Shown here one piece after another: positions 27,991 to 37,316 of a DNA stretch of 54,634 nt (position 1 is the first letter of the stretch; each line of letters begins with the position of its first letter). A model generated the notes under the pieces. That model made no database searches, was not told the origin of the DNA, and was given only the letters and a program-made list of their open reading frames with translations. The stretch is from a virus (lineage: Duplodnaviria > Caudoviricetes), in IMG/VR virus record IMGVR_UViG_3300018080_003388, positions 1 through 54,634 of that record; one strand, given 5' to 3'. A program made the position numbers and the translations under genes.

Positions 27991-28173
27991 ATGACAGCGA
28001 TAGGTTTATTCTTAGCGTCTAGTATGATGATGGTTATTTTCGATCAAGAACGGGAACCGAGATTTGAAGATTATTTTGTTCAATATAGTTGTGAAGATAC
28101 TCCTGTTGAGTATTTTACCAAAGCAACACTTAAATATTCGGGATATGATTATTATGCGGCGCTATACAAGTAA
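27991..28173 (+). CDS. Small protein with hydrophobic N-terminus
   Basis: Strong SD taaggag; 60 aa. Confidence 0.6.
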   Translation: MTAIGLFLASSMMMVIFDQEREPRFEDYFVQYSCEDTPVEYFTKATLKYSGYDYYAALYK

Positions 28174-28405
28174 ATTAGTCTTGATTTTTTCTATGTTTCT
28201 GTGTAGTATTGCATACTCTGATGTAAGAGTAGAGATAACCAGGGATCTAGTAGACCAGAAGCAGATCGTTGTTCAGCAGTTCCATGACATGGATGCTTTT
28301 GAGATGTGGATGGTTAATAGACTAGAAACCCAAGGTTGTGATCCTTATGTTACTAGTGTTGTAATAAGTATTAATCCACAAAACCAAACAGAGACTGATA
28401 TGTGA
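28154..28405 (+). CDS. Small putative exported protein
   Basis: MRRYTSKLVLIFSMFLCSIAYS signal-like sequence; start uncertain. Confidence 0.5.
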   Translation: MRRYTSKLVLIFSMFLCSIAYSDVRVEITRDLVDQKQIVVQQFHDMDAFEMWMVNRLETQGCDPYVTSVVISINPQNQTETDM

Positions 28406-28941
28406 GTTTTATAAACAGAGTAAACAACATAGATTCTATATTTTTTAATGAGTTTTATCCTTATATTATACAGTTTAAGGATTTTGATTATGATACACTT
28501 GAAGGTCTAGCACGAATGAATCTTTTACCTAAAGATAAATTAGTAGAATGGGCAATATCTAGTGTATCAGGTCTAGAAATACATTCTGAGAAAGGCAAGG
28601 ATTTTTCAGATAACAGCGACTGTAAAACAGTAGTGAGTCAAGCAAGAATAACTGGTTCTAGTAAGTATGCTAGATGGACTAACAGCTTTAAAGTAAGCAA
28701 TATTTCATCAAAGATAGGTGCTTTGCGTGTTGTTGCTTACAACAAAGTTCCGGAAAAATTTCATTATTTTTATATTCCTAATCAAGCTTTTAAAAGCTGT
28801 AAAAATTGTCTAGAAATTAATATAGAGCAAGTGAGTTTGAAGCAAGAACCTAATTACTGTTTTAATGGTATAAGGACCAGAGATTTTAAATGGTGGAACT
28901 TTGAATGTTCTTCGTTTGAAGAACTCTGTAAAATAAAATAA
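28402..28941 (+). CDS. Putative DenB/endonuclease IV-like nuclease
   Basis: DFSDNSDCKT (PD-(D/E)xK-like), KIGALRVV, FHYFYIP. Confidence 0.5.
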   Translation: MSFINRVNNIDSIFFNEFYPYIIQFKDFDYDTLEGLARMNLLPKDKLVEWAISSVSGLEIHSEKGKDFSDNSDCKTVVSQARITGSSKYARWTNSFKVSNISSKIGALRVVAYNKVPEKFHYFYIPNQAFKSCKNCLEINIEQVSLKQEPNYCFNGIRTRDFKWWNFECSSFEELCKIK

Positions 28942-28959
28942 CTTATACGAGGGTATAAA

Positions 28960-29106
28960 ATGTCCGGAAAAGGTTCAAGATACAGGCCAGTAAACAAGAA
29001 AAAATTTGATCAAGGTTGGGATAGAATTTTTGGCAACAAAAAACAAGATCCTGAAATCAAAGAAGAAAAACAAACAACTAACAAACTAAAGGTGAATTAT
29101 GACTGA
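28960..29106 (+). CDS. Small basic protein absent from the ORF track (48 aa)
   Basis: Hand translation MSGKGSRYRPVNKKKFDQGWDRIFGNKK...; SD gaggg. Confidence 0.7.
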   Translation: MSGKGSRYRPVNKKKFDQGWDRIFGNKKQDPEIKEEKQTTNKLKVNYD

Positions 29107-29845
29107 ATTAAAAGAAGGTATGAGAGTTCCGTATGATGTAGTTATCAAGAATATCGAAGGTTCTGAGGTAGTTGAATACACAACTGAATCTATTTTCAAA
29201 GGTAATAAAGTGGTGGTATTTTCACTTCCTGGAGCATTTACGCCTACGTGTTCTTCTACTCATGTTCCTCGTTACGAGCATTTGTCTAATCATTTTTATA
29301 ACCTGGGAGTTGATGAAATTGTTTGTGTGTCAGTTAATGACATGTTTGTAATGGATGCTTGGAAGCAAGATCAACAATCATACAACATTGATTTTATGCC
29401 TGATGGAAACGGTGAGTTTACTGAAAAAATGGGAATGCTAGTAGACAAAAGTGATCTGGGTTTCGGCAATCGTTCCTGGAGATATTCTATGTATGTAGAA
29501 GACGGTATAATTAAAAAAATGTTTGTTGAACCTGAAGTAGAAGGTGATCCTTTTGAAGTTTCAGATGCAGATACAATGCTATCTTATCTAAAAGAGTTGA
29601 AAGGGGATACCACTGACTTCCCATCAGATGTGTTGATTATTACCCGTTCCGGTTGTCCTTATTGTGAACGCGCAAAAGAAATACTTATTGAAACATGTTA
29701 TGACTTTAACGAACTAGAAGTTAATAGAGACATTGCCGAAACGGGACTGCGAGCAGTTAGCGGAAAGTCTACAGTGCCTCAGATATTTATTGATAGTAAA
29801 TATATCGGAGGTCTTGATGAACTAGAAACACTGTTCAACAACTGA
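29099..29845 (+). CDS. Hybrid peroxiredoxin (Prx5)-glutaredoxin
   Basis: LPGAFTPTCSSTHVP, SVND, RSWRYSM; C-terminal CPYC, TVPQIFI, IGG. Confidence 0.93.
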   Translation: MTELKEGMRVPYDVVIKNIEGSEVVEYTTESIFKGNKVVVFSLPGAFTPTCSSTHVPRYEHLSNHFYNLGVDEIVCVSVNDMFVMDAWKQDQQSYNIDFMPDGNGEFTEKMGMLVDKSDLGFGNRSWRYSMYVEDGIIKKMFVEPEVEGDPFEVSDADTMLSYLKELKGDTTDFPSDVLIITRSGCPYCERAKEILIETCYDFNELEVNRDIAETGLRAVSGKSTVPQIFIDSKYIGGLDELETLFNN

Positions 29846-29870
29846 TGACCGGATCAGTGGTATAAATTAA

Positions 29871-29902
29871 AAAGTCATCTCTGTAATGAGATGGCTTTTT
29901 TT
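29871..29902 (+). terminator. Rho-independent terminator
   Basis: aagtcatctc-tgtaat-gagatggctt followed by a T run. Confidence 0.8.
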
Positions 29903-29907
29903 ATGTG

Positions 29908-29936
29908 TTGACAAATAATTGATAAAATACTATACT
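29908..29936 (+). promoter_or_regulatory. Sigma70-like promoter TTGACA-N17-TATACT
   Basis: Upstream of folE. Confidence 0.82.
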
Positions 29937-29972
29937 AAAGTATGTAATAGTACTTTTAAATATTGGTGAAAA

Positions 29973-30659
29973 ATGAAAATATCCGAACATATAAAGCAAC
30001 GACTTGAAGACAATGGTGTTCGTTATTGGGCTAATGACAACATTGCTGACTTTATAACTGAAGAAGAGAAAAAACTACTAGTACAAGAACTAAAAGATTC
30101 TTTTGAGTCAGTTCTAGATAGCTTGATAATTGATAGAAACACTGATCCTAATTCTCATGATACTGCACACAGATTAGCTAAGATGTATGTCTATGAGATA
30201 ATGAGCGGGAGATATGAAAGCAAACCCTGTGCTACAGCATTCCCTAATGACAGAGATGAGTCTTATACAGGAATGCTAGTAGTTCGATCAGAGATAAAAA
30301 GTGTTTGTTCACACCATCATCAACCTGTGACTGGAGTAGCATATATAGGTATACTGGCTGCTAATACACTAGTAGGATTGTCAAAATATTCCAGAATTGC
30401 ACAATGGTGCGCTAGAAGAGGCACTCTGCAAGAAGAGTTGGCAATGGATATTGCCACAGAGATCAAGAAAGTAACAAACAGTGATGATATTGGCGTTTAT
30501 ATTTCAGCTCGTCACGGGTGTTGTGAAAACAGAGGAATAATGGCACACAGTTCAGTGACACAAACAACCGTGCTCAGGGGTGCATTCAAAGAAGACAACG
30601 GGACTAAACAAGAATTTTATGATAATATCAAGCTTCAACAACAACTAGCTAGAGACTAG
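29973..30659 (+). CDS. folE: GTP cyclohydrolase I
   Basis: TAHRLAKMY, SVCSHH, GLSKYSR, LQEE and HGC..RG motifs. Confidence 0.95.
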   Translation: MKISEHIKQRLEDNGVRYWANDNIADFITEEEKKLLVQELKDSFESVLDSLIIDRNTDPNSHDTAHRLAKMYVYEIMSGRYESKPCATAFPNDRDESYTGMLVVRSEIKSVCSHHHQPVTGVAYIGILAANTLVGLSKYSRIAQWCARRGTLQEELAMDIATEIKKVTNSDDIGVYISARHGCCENRGIMAHSSVTQTTVLRGAFKEDNGTKQEFYDNIKLQQQLARD

Positions 30660-30728
30660 TATTATATAAGGGGAAAAATATGATATTCGAAATAAGTCAC
30701 AAATATGTTACACAGACGGGAGGTGTTA

Positions 30729-31592
30729 ATGTCTAACAAAAAGCTTAGATATTCTGAAATATTTAATTCAATTCAGGGAGAAGGTCTTCATGTGGGTACT
30801 CCTAGTGTGTTTGTGAGGAGCTTTGGGTGTAATTTTAGATGTCAGGGGTTTGGTATAGATGATTTTAAAGGTAAGACTAGGTATAATCCCGAAGTAAAAC
30901 ATCTAATAGATAGTGGTAAGCTGGATAGCATTCAAACCTTTCATGAACTTCCTATTCTATCAACAGGGTGTGATACATATGCTAGTATATATCCAGAATT
31001 TAAACACTACATGAAGCACGGTGATGTGGATCAAGTGGCTTCTGAGGTATTATCTGTGATTCCCGATGTTTCAAAAACACATACACATCTCATACTAACT
31101 GGAGGTGAGCCTATGCTGTGGCAAGATTTTTGGAAAGATTTTTTGGTTCATCCTAGTATAAAACAGTTCTCTGAAGTTACTATTGAAACTAATGGAACAC
31201 AAGATTTGAAAACAAAATTTCAGGATTTTTTGTCATCTAAAAGAAACTTTAACATAACGTGGTCAGTATCAACAAAGTTAAGCGTATCAGGGGAATCGTT
31301 CGAAGATACAGTGAAACCTGATGTTATTAAGTCTTACTTGGAAACAATGAAAAATGATGATAATTTTTATTTTAAATTTGTTGTATCTGATGAACAGGAT
31401 CTAAGAGAAATACAATCAGTGCTTCGGGAATATAATATAGGAGATCCTGTGGTTTATATAATGCCTGTAGGTAGCAGACATGAAGACTATTCTCGTAATG
31501 CCAAAAAAATTGCAGATCTAGCCATCAAGTATGGTTATAGATATTCGCCTAGATTGCACTGCGATATATTTGGAAATGCGTGGGGAACATAA
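30729..31592 (+). CDS. queE: 7-carboxy-7-deazaguanine synthase (radical SAM)
   Basis: EIFNSIQGEG, GCNFRC...GCDT, TGGEP, IETNGT, SPRLH; SD ggaggt. Confidence 0.92.
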   Translation: MSNKKLRYSEIFNSIQGEGLHVGTPSVFVRSFGCNFRCQGFGIDDFKGKTRYNPEVKHLIDSGKLDSIQTFHELPILSTGCDTYASIYPEFKHYMKHGDVDQVASEVLSVIPDVSKTHTHLILTGGEPMLWQDFWKDFLVHPSIKQFSEVTIETNGTQDLKTKFQDFLSSKRNFNITWSVSTKLSVSGESFEDTVKPDVIKSYLETMKNDDNFYFKFVVSDEQDLREIQSVLREYNIGDPVVYIMPVGSRHEDYSRNAKKIADLAIKYGYRYSPRLHCDIFGNAWGT

Positions 31593-31604
31593 GAGGTAAA
31601 CTAC

Positions 31605-31958
31605 ATGAAATTATTTGAAAATATATTTGGTAAAAAAAATAAAGAGAAAATATCTGACAGTAAAGAAACCGTGAAGATCTTACTGGAAAAGCAAAAAGCT
31701 GATGCTACTAAAAAAGGAAAACCGTGGGTCAGTGTTATAGATATGCACGTGGATCCTGGTAATATGAAAAACGGATTTTTTGAGTTAGATTGGAATAACG
31801 AGTTCATTGAATGTTTGATAGATGCTGGATACAAAGGAGAAAGCTCCGAAGAAATTGTAGATCATTGGTTTAAGGCAATTATCAAAGAAATCACAGAAGA
31901 AGATGATTATGGAAACAGAAATGCCGGATCACTTTCATTGGATTTTTTAAATAGTTGA
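31605..31958 (+). CDS. Conserved phage hypothetical protein
   Basis: SD gaggt; GFFELDWN motif. Confidence 0.7.
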   Translation: MKLFENIFGKKNKEKISDSKETVKILLEKQKADATKKGKPWVSVIDMHVDPGNMKNGFFELDWNNEFIECLIDAGYKGESSEEIVDHWFKAIIKEITEEDDYGNRNAGSLSLDFLNS

Positions 31959-31983
31959 TTTTACAATAACAATTTGCTATAAT
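31955..31983 (+). promoter_or_regulatory. Sigma70-like promoter TTGATT-N17-TATAAT with extended -10 TG
   Basis: Upstream of the RNase H-like gene. Confidence 0.7.
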
Positions 31984-32000
31984 CACGATGAGGTGAATAA

Positions 32001-32984
32001 ATGACATATGTTATACTAGATTTAGCTAATTTGTTTTTTCGATCAAGGCATGTTGTGAAAGGTGATCTTACGACTAAAGCAGAAATGTCGTTACATATAG
32101 TGTTTAACAGTATATTAAAAGTATCCAAAGAGTTTAATGCAGATCACATAGTAATGTGTCTAGAAGGACGAAGTTGGAGAAAAGATTTTTATCCCCAGTA
32201 TAAAAAACACAGACATGACGCTAAAAAAGCCATGACTGAAAAAGAGCAAGAAGAAGATAAAATGTTTTGGGAAATATTTGATGAATTCAAGACATATATC
32301 TCGGATAAAACCAATTGCACAGTACTGCATAATCCTATACTAGAAGCAGATGATTTGATATCAGGATTCATTGACCATCATCCTTCAGATACTCATATTA
32401 TTATTTCTACAGATGGTGATTTTGCCCAATTAATTTCTGACAATGTTATGCAGTACAACGGTGTTACAGAAACGTTAATTACTATCGATGGTTACTTTGA
32501 TAACAAAGGAAACCCAGTCATGGACAAGAAAACAAAACAGCCTAAACCGGCTCCCAATCCAGAATGGATGCTATTTGAAAAGTGCATAAGAGGAGACACC
32601 GCTGATAATGTGTTCAGTGCTTATCCCGGTGTTAGAAAAAAAGGAACAAAAAATAAAACAGGACTGTTGGAAGCATTTTCTGATAAACAAACAAAGGGAT
32701 TTGAATGGAATAATCTTATGTTACAACGCTGGGTAGATCATAACGGTGTTGAACATCGAGTCATGGATGATTATAATAGAAATGTTATGTTATGCGATCT
32801 AAGAGCACAGCCAGAAGAAGTAAAAGATGTTATCAAATCTACTATACTAGAAGCTAGTGTTCCCAAGAACGTAAGACAGGTCGGAATGTTATTTATGAAA
32901 TTTTGTGCAAAGTGGAATTTAGAGAGAATATCCGATAATGCACAGCAGTATGCAACTTTTTTAAATAAAGGATATCCTGAATGA
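32001..32984 (+). CDS. T4 RNase H-like 5'-3' exonuclease/flap endonuclease
   Basis: SWRKDFYPQYK..R, EADD, STDGDFAQL, GDTADNV. Confidence 0.9.
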   Translation: MTYVILDLANLFFRSRHVVKGDLTTKAEMSLHIVFNSILKVSKEFNADHIVMCLEGRSWRKDFYPQYKKHRHDAKKAMTEKEQEEDKMFWEIFDEFKTYISDKTNCTVLHNPILEADDLISGFIDHHPSDTHIIISTDGDFAQLISDNVMQYNGVTETLITIDGYFDNKGNPVMDKKTKQPKPAPNPEWMLFEKCIRGDTADNVFSAYPGVRKKGTKNKTGLLEAFSDKQTKGFEWNNLMLQRWVDHNGVEHRVMDDYNRNVMLCDLRAQPEEVKDVIKSTILEASVPKNVRQVGMLFMKFCAKWNLERISDNAQQYATFLNKGYPE

Positions 32985-33454
32985 CAATGAATGCAATACC
33001 TATACTAGAAGATCGTTTTTGGATTCTCGAAGAAGACGGGATTAGAGTAGGGACTTTATCATTTGATAATGATCGTTATATGTTTAATAATATGGAAGAA
33101 ATAAAATATTTTGACACTGAGGGTGAGCTTAGGAAAGTTTTCGGGGAAGATTTCCTTCAAGTTGATAGAAATAGTAAAAATCCACAAAAAACTCACTATA
33201 TACTAGGTTACCCGACTAGTGTAAAGCCTTATAATGTCATGCATGATGTTCATAGGTCGTTGCCGTTATTCACTAAGTCAAAAAAATCCAAAAGCTTGTA
33301 CTGTGCTGGCTACTTTTTGATAGAGTTTAATAACGGATGGGTAAGGAGCTTTTGTCCAAAGCTGATTACAGTAGAGCGATATAACCATAAAGGTCCTTTT
33401 AGAACCGAGCAAGAAATACGAGATTTACTAGGAAAACTGTCTAATGAAAAATGA
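32981..33454 (+). CDS. Conserved phage hypothetical protein
   Basis: 157 aa; ATGA overlap. Confidence 0.7.
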   Translation: MTMNAIPILEDRFWILEEDGIRVGTLSFDNDRYMFNNMEEIKYFDTEGELRKVFGEDFLQVDRNSKNPQKTHYILGYPTSVKPYNVMHDVHRSLPLFTKSKKSKSLYCAGYFLIEFNNGWVRSFCPKLITVERYNHKGPFRTEQEIRDLLGKLSNEK

Positions 33455-33683
33455 TACACTAAACACACTGCCTATACAGCAGTATATACAAAAAGTAAAA
33501 TCAGCAGATTCCTCACAGTCTAAAGAGTTGAGGTTGGATATTAAGTTTGCTAAAAACCTAGCATTTACACTAGGAGTGGTAATGAGCAGGCTAGAAGGTG
33601 ATCTAGAAAAAATAATCAGCGATTCTTCGAATAAAGATGAAGTCTTTCATGTCACGTTTGATACTGGCGGAGATTGGTCTTAG
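33444..33683 (+). CDS. Hypothetical protein
   Basis: 79 aa in operon. Confidence 0.65.
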   Translation: MKNDTLNTLPIQQYIQKVKSADSSQSKELRLDIKFAKNLAFTLGVVMSRLEGDLEKIISDSSNKDEVFHVTFDTGGDWS

Positions 33684-33740
33684 CTCAGCGGTTAATATAA
33701 TGTATTTTTTGATAAATACATTATATTGGCGAGAAAATTT

Positions 33741-34028
33741 ATGAGTAGACCTAAACCTTTAGTATTAATAGAACATTTAGATAAGAGAACTTACAAACTA
33801 GATCAAGTGCTAGAAGCTGAAGCTATATGGGCAGTCTTTTATAAAGATCGTCCTTTTAACTTAAAGACTAGCAATTCAATAACTAATTATCCTGGTCCTA
33901 AGTATAAAAAAGTAAGTTTTTCTAATCAAGGGTATGCTATAAATCTAGCTAAAAGATTGAATAAAGTATTCAATACATCAGACTTTTCAGTGGTCAAGAT
34001 GACAAAAGGTGAAAAGATATATCCTTGA
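33741..34028 (+). CDS. Hypothetical basic protein
   Basis: MSRPKP...; GATAAATA at 33711-33718 upstream. Confidence 0.65.
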   Translation: MSRPKPLVLIEHLDKRTYKLDQVLEAEAIWAVFYKDRPFNLKTSNSITNYPGPKYKKVSFSNQGYAINLAKRLNKVFNTSDFSVVKMTKGEKIYP

Positions 34029-34029
34029 C

Positions 34030-34413
34030 ATGAATAAAAAAACTTATACAAAATTTTTGTTGAGCATAAGTGGATTAGATAACAGAGATAATGATGTAAA
34101 AGAGTACATGTCCAAATTTTGGAAAAATACCCGAGTTAAGCAAAACTCGGGTTTACATTTGTCAGATTATGGTTTTGAATTCTTGAAAAAAAATCATATA
34201 AGATTTTATGAAATAAAAAAGCCTAAATCTGTTAATATGGTTACACAACTCTTGATATTTCTGGACAACTATATCACTGTTCCTTATTATATTTCTAAGA
34301 CCGGGGTATTTGTAACAGATCATAAAACAGCCTTAAAGTTATCATTATTGTTTTTTGATCTTGCTAAAAAGGACATAAAAACGGCAATTTCTAGACCCGA
34401 ACTATTTAGTTGA
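34030..34413 (+). CDS. Hypothetical protein
   Basis: ATG 34030 directly after the previous stop. Confidence 0.6.
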   Translation: MNKKTYTKFLLSISGLDNRDNDVKEYMSKFWKNTRVKQNSGLHLSDYGFEFLKKNHIRFYEIKKPKSVNMVTQLLIFLDNYITVPYYISKTGVFVTDHKTALKLSLLFFDLAKKDIKTAISRPELFS

Positions 34414-34438
34414 CTTGCTATTGGATATTGCATATAAT
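34410..34438 (+). promoter_or_regulatory. Sigma70-like promoter TTGACT-N17-TATAAT
   Basis: Upstream of the AAA ATPase. Confidence 0.8.
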
Positions 34439-34468
34439 ATACTCTCAATCAACGAAACAGAGGTAAAT

Positions 34469-35554
34469 ATGTCTAAAATTTCTTCACGAGTTCTTAACCC
34501 TAGCCGTGCTAAAGTCTCTATCAATCATGCAATCAGCAAGCAACGTCCTGTGTTTCTATGGGGACCTCCTGGCATCGGTAAAAGTGACATCGTGCATCAG
34601 ATTGCCGAAGACATCAATGCTTATGTGATTGATGTTCGATTGAGTTTGTGGGATCCAACAGATATCAAAGGTATTCCTTACTTTGATAGCAATCAAAATA
34701 AGATGCAATGGGCACCGCCGTCTGAACTACCTGATCAAGTATTATCTGAGAAACACGATAGAATCATTCTATTTTTTGATGAAATGAACAGTGCTCCTCC
34801 TGCGGTAATGGCAGCCGCATATCAGTTGATCTTGAATCGACGAGTGGGTACATATGAGTTGCCTGATAATGTACAGATTATTGCTGCTGGTAACAGAGAG
34901 TCAGATAACGGAGTTAGTTATCGTATGCCGGCACCTTTATCCAATCGTTTTATTCATATTGAACTGGGTGTAAACTTTGATGACTGGTTTGATTGGGCTA
35001 CTAAATCTAGTATTCACCCTGATATCGTAGGCTTCCTTCAGTTTTCTAAGAAAGATCTTTTTGACTTTGATCCTAAATCTCCGTCTAGGAGTTTTGCTAC
35101 TCCTCGTACATGGGAGTTTGTTAGCGATCTTCTTGATGATGAACTAGATGAGTTGTCCACAACTGATCTAGTATCAGGAGCAATCGGAGAAGGTCTAGCT
35201 GTGAAGTTCATGTCACACCGAAAGCATGCTCAGATGCTTCCTAACCCTGAAGATGTACTAGAAGGAAAAGTAACTAAGCTCGATACATCAGAAGTTAGTG
35301 CTATGTATTCTCTAACAGTATCCATGTGTTATGAACTAAAACAACTAGAAGGAAAACATGCCAAGGACTTTGGTAAAAAAGTAAATAACTTTTTGAAGTT
35401 TTCAATGGATAATTTTGAAACAGAACTTGTAGTTCTCGGACTTCGACTGGCACTTACTCAATATGGTATCACAATTGATCCTGATGAAATCGAGTGCTTT
35501 GACGAGTTCTATGAACGATTCGGCAAGTATGTTCACGCTGCTCAACAGGGTTGA
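34469..35554 (+). CDS. MoxR-like AAA+ ATPase
   Basis: GPPGIGKS, FFDEMN, AAGN, NRF, TPRTW; SD gaggt. Confidence 0.9.
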   Translation: MSKISSRVLNPSRAKVSINHAISKQRPVFLWGPPGIGKSDIVHQIAEDINAYVIDVRLSLWDPTDIKGIPYFDSNQNKMQWAPPSELPDQVLSEKHDRIILFFDEMNSAPPAVMAAAYQLILNRRVGTYELPDNVQIIAAGNRESDNGVSYRMPAPLSNRFIHIELGVNFDDWFDWATKSSIHPDIVGFLQFSKKDLFDFDPKSPSRSFATPRTWEFVSDLLDDELDELSTTDLVSGAIGEGLAVKFMSHRKHAQMLPNPEDVLEGKVTKLDTSEVSAMYSLTVSMCYELKQLEGKHAKDFGKKVNNFLKFSMDNFETELVVLGLRLALTQYGITIDPDEIECFDEFYERFGKYVHAAQQG

Positions 35555-35562
35555 GGTAAAAA

Positions 35563-36777
35563 ATGACACAACAAGCTAAAACATGGGAACCTAAAGAAAT
35601 CCCTGAACATGAGTATAACGAAGCAAAAAAACAAGTAGAAGATAACATTGTGGTTGCACGTGTGGGCTTGTTGCTTCGTCATTCATTTTTCGGAAATATG
35701 GCAACTCGTCTTAATATCGAGAATGCAGACAGTTGGTGTCCTACTGCTGCCACAGATGGAAGAAATTTGTACTATAATACTGCATTTTTCCGAGAGATGA
35801 ATGTCTCTGAGATTGAATTTGTTATAGGTCATGAGATATTACACTGTGCTTTTGATCACATGACTAGAACTGAAAAACGAGACAAGCAACTATTCAATAT
35901 TGCATGTGACTATTTGGTTAATAATTGTTTGATAAAAAATAACATCGGATCTATTCCTAGCTTTATAGATTGCTATCATGATCAAAAATATGACGGATGG
36001 ACGGCAGAAGAAGTATATGATGATCTATTAAAGAATGCAGAAAAAGTAAAGATGCTAGCATCTTTGTTAGACGAGCACATGGATCTCGAGGACAATCAAG
36101 GAGATCAAAACAGACCCTCATACTCAGAAGAAGAAATTCAAAAAATAAAAGATGATATTCGAGAATCTATGATTTCTTCTGCTCAAAGTGCCAGCGGTGA
36201 TGTCCCGGTTGAAATTCAACGTCTGGTAAAAGATCTCACAGAACCTAAAATGGACTGGAGAGAAATAATCAGACAGCAAATACAAAGTACTGTAAAAAAT
36301 GATTATAGCTTTGTTAGACCTTCTAGGAAGTCTATGTCATCTGGTGTAGTGTTGCCGGGTATAATCAATGACACGGAGATTGATATATGTGTGTGTATTG
36401 ATACATCCGGTTCTATTAGAGATGAACAAATCAGAGATTTTTTGAGTGAAGTAAAAGGGATTACCAGTCAGTATCAGAATTATAAAATCAATCTTTGGTC
36501 TTTTGACACGCGAGTTCATAATCATCAAGAGTTTTCATCTTCGGATATCGCTGACATTGATGATTATGTACCGCACGGTGGCGGCGGAACAGATTTTAAT
36601 GTGAATTGGAAGTTCATGAAAGAAAAAGGCATAGTCCCTGAAAAGTTTATTATTTTCACAGATATGTATCCCTGGGGATCGTTCGGAGAAGAAGACTACT
36701 GTGATACGATATTTATCAATCACGGTCGCCCTGGGTTTGAAGCGCCTTTCGGTATAACTGTAGAATATAAAAATTGA
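35563..36777 (+). CDS. Metallopeptidase-like + VWA domain protein (DUF2201-type)
   Basis: TAATDG, HEILH (HExxH), MIDAS DTSGS, GGGGTDF, FTD. Confidence 0.88.
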   Translation: MTQQAKTWEPKEIPEHEYNEAKKQVEDNIVVARVGLLLRHSFFGNMATRLNIENADSWCPTAATDGRNLYYNTAFFREMNVSEIEFVIGHEILHCAFDHMTRTEKRDKQLFNIACDYLVNNCLIKNNIGSIPSFIDCYHDQKYDGWTAEEVYDDLLKNAEKVKMLASLLDEHMDLEDNQGDQNRPSYSEEEIQKIKDDIRESMISSAQSASGDVPVEIQRLVKDLTEPKMDWREIIRQQIQSTVKNDYSFVRPSRKSMSSGVVLPGIINDTEIDICVCIDTSGSIRDEQIRDFLSEVKGITSQYQNYKINLWSFDTRVHNHQEFSSSDIADIDDYVPHGGGGTDFNVNWKFMKEKGIVPEKFIIFTDMYPWGSFGEEDYCDTIFINHGRPGFEAPFGITVEYKN

Positions 36778-37064
36778 ATCAGATAAACAAAAAACTAACA
36801 TACTGCAGTGTTTATAATTGCAGACGTGTGGATTTTATAGTACCTCACTTCAAGCAATTATGTATTCGTTCATCAGAAAATCTATGTCCGGATGAGACTA
36901 TTCTCATTGATCAATGGATATTAAAAAATCTAAAATACAGATATTATATAGAAAAAGACGTGATAATCAATGATAGCAATAGCATAAAAAAAGTAACCAG
37001 AGTAGGGCTAGAAGATAGCAAAGAGTTTTCTTTCTTTCTAATAGCCTGTCCACATTTATCATAG
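36774..37064 (+). CDS. Hypothetical protein
   Basis: 96 aa; TTGA overlap. Confidence 0.55.
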   Translation: MNQINKKLTYCSVYNCRRVDFIVPHFKQLCIRSSENLCPDETILIDQWILKNLKYRYYIEKDVIINDSNSIKKVTRVGLEDSKEFSFFLIACPHLS

Positions 37065-37113
37065 ATTACTTGTTTTTTTGATAGATACGTATATAATACA
37101 TATAAGGTTAGAT

Positions 37114-37299
37114 ATGGAAACACAAAAAACACAAGAATCCACTGATTATTTTGACATCAATGATTTTTTAATGATGCGAAACGTATTAGAAGTCGTATCT
37201 CAGCGAGGTGCTATCAAAGCTGATGAAATGGAATCAGTAGGTAGACTTTTTTCTAAGATACAACATTATATAGCACAGTCTGGTGCAAGTAGTAAATAA
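37114..37299 (+). CDS. Small hypothetical protein
   Basis: ATG 37114 with taagg SD; SQRGAIKADEMESVG. Confidence 0.65.
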   Translation: METQKTQESTDYFDINDFLMMRNVLEVVSQRGAIKADEMESVGRLFSKIQHYIAQSGASSK

Positions 37300-37316
37300 A
37301 TCACAACGAGGTAAAT

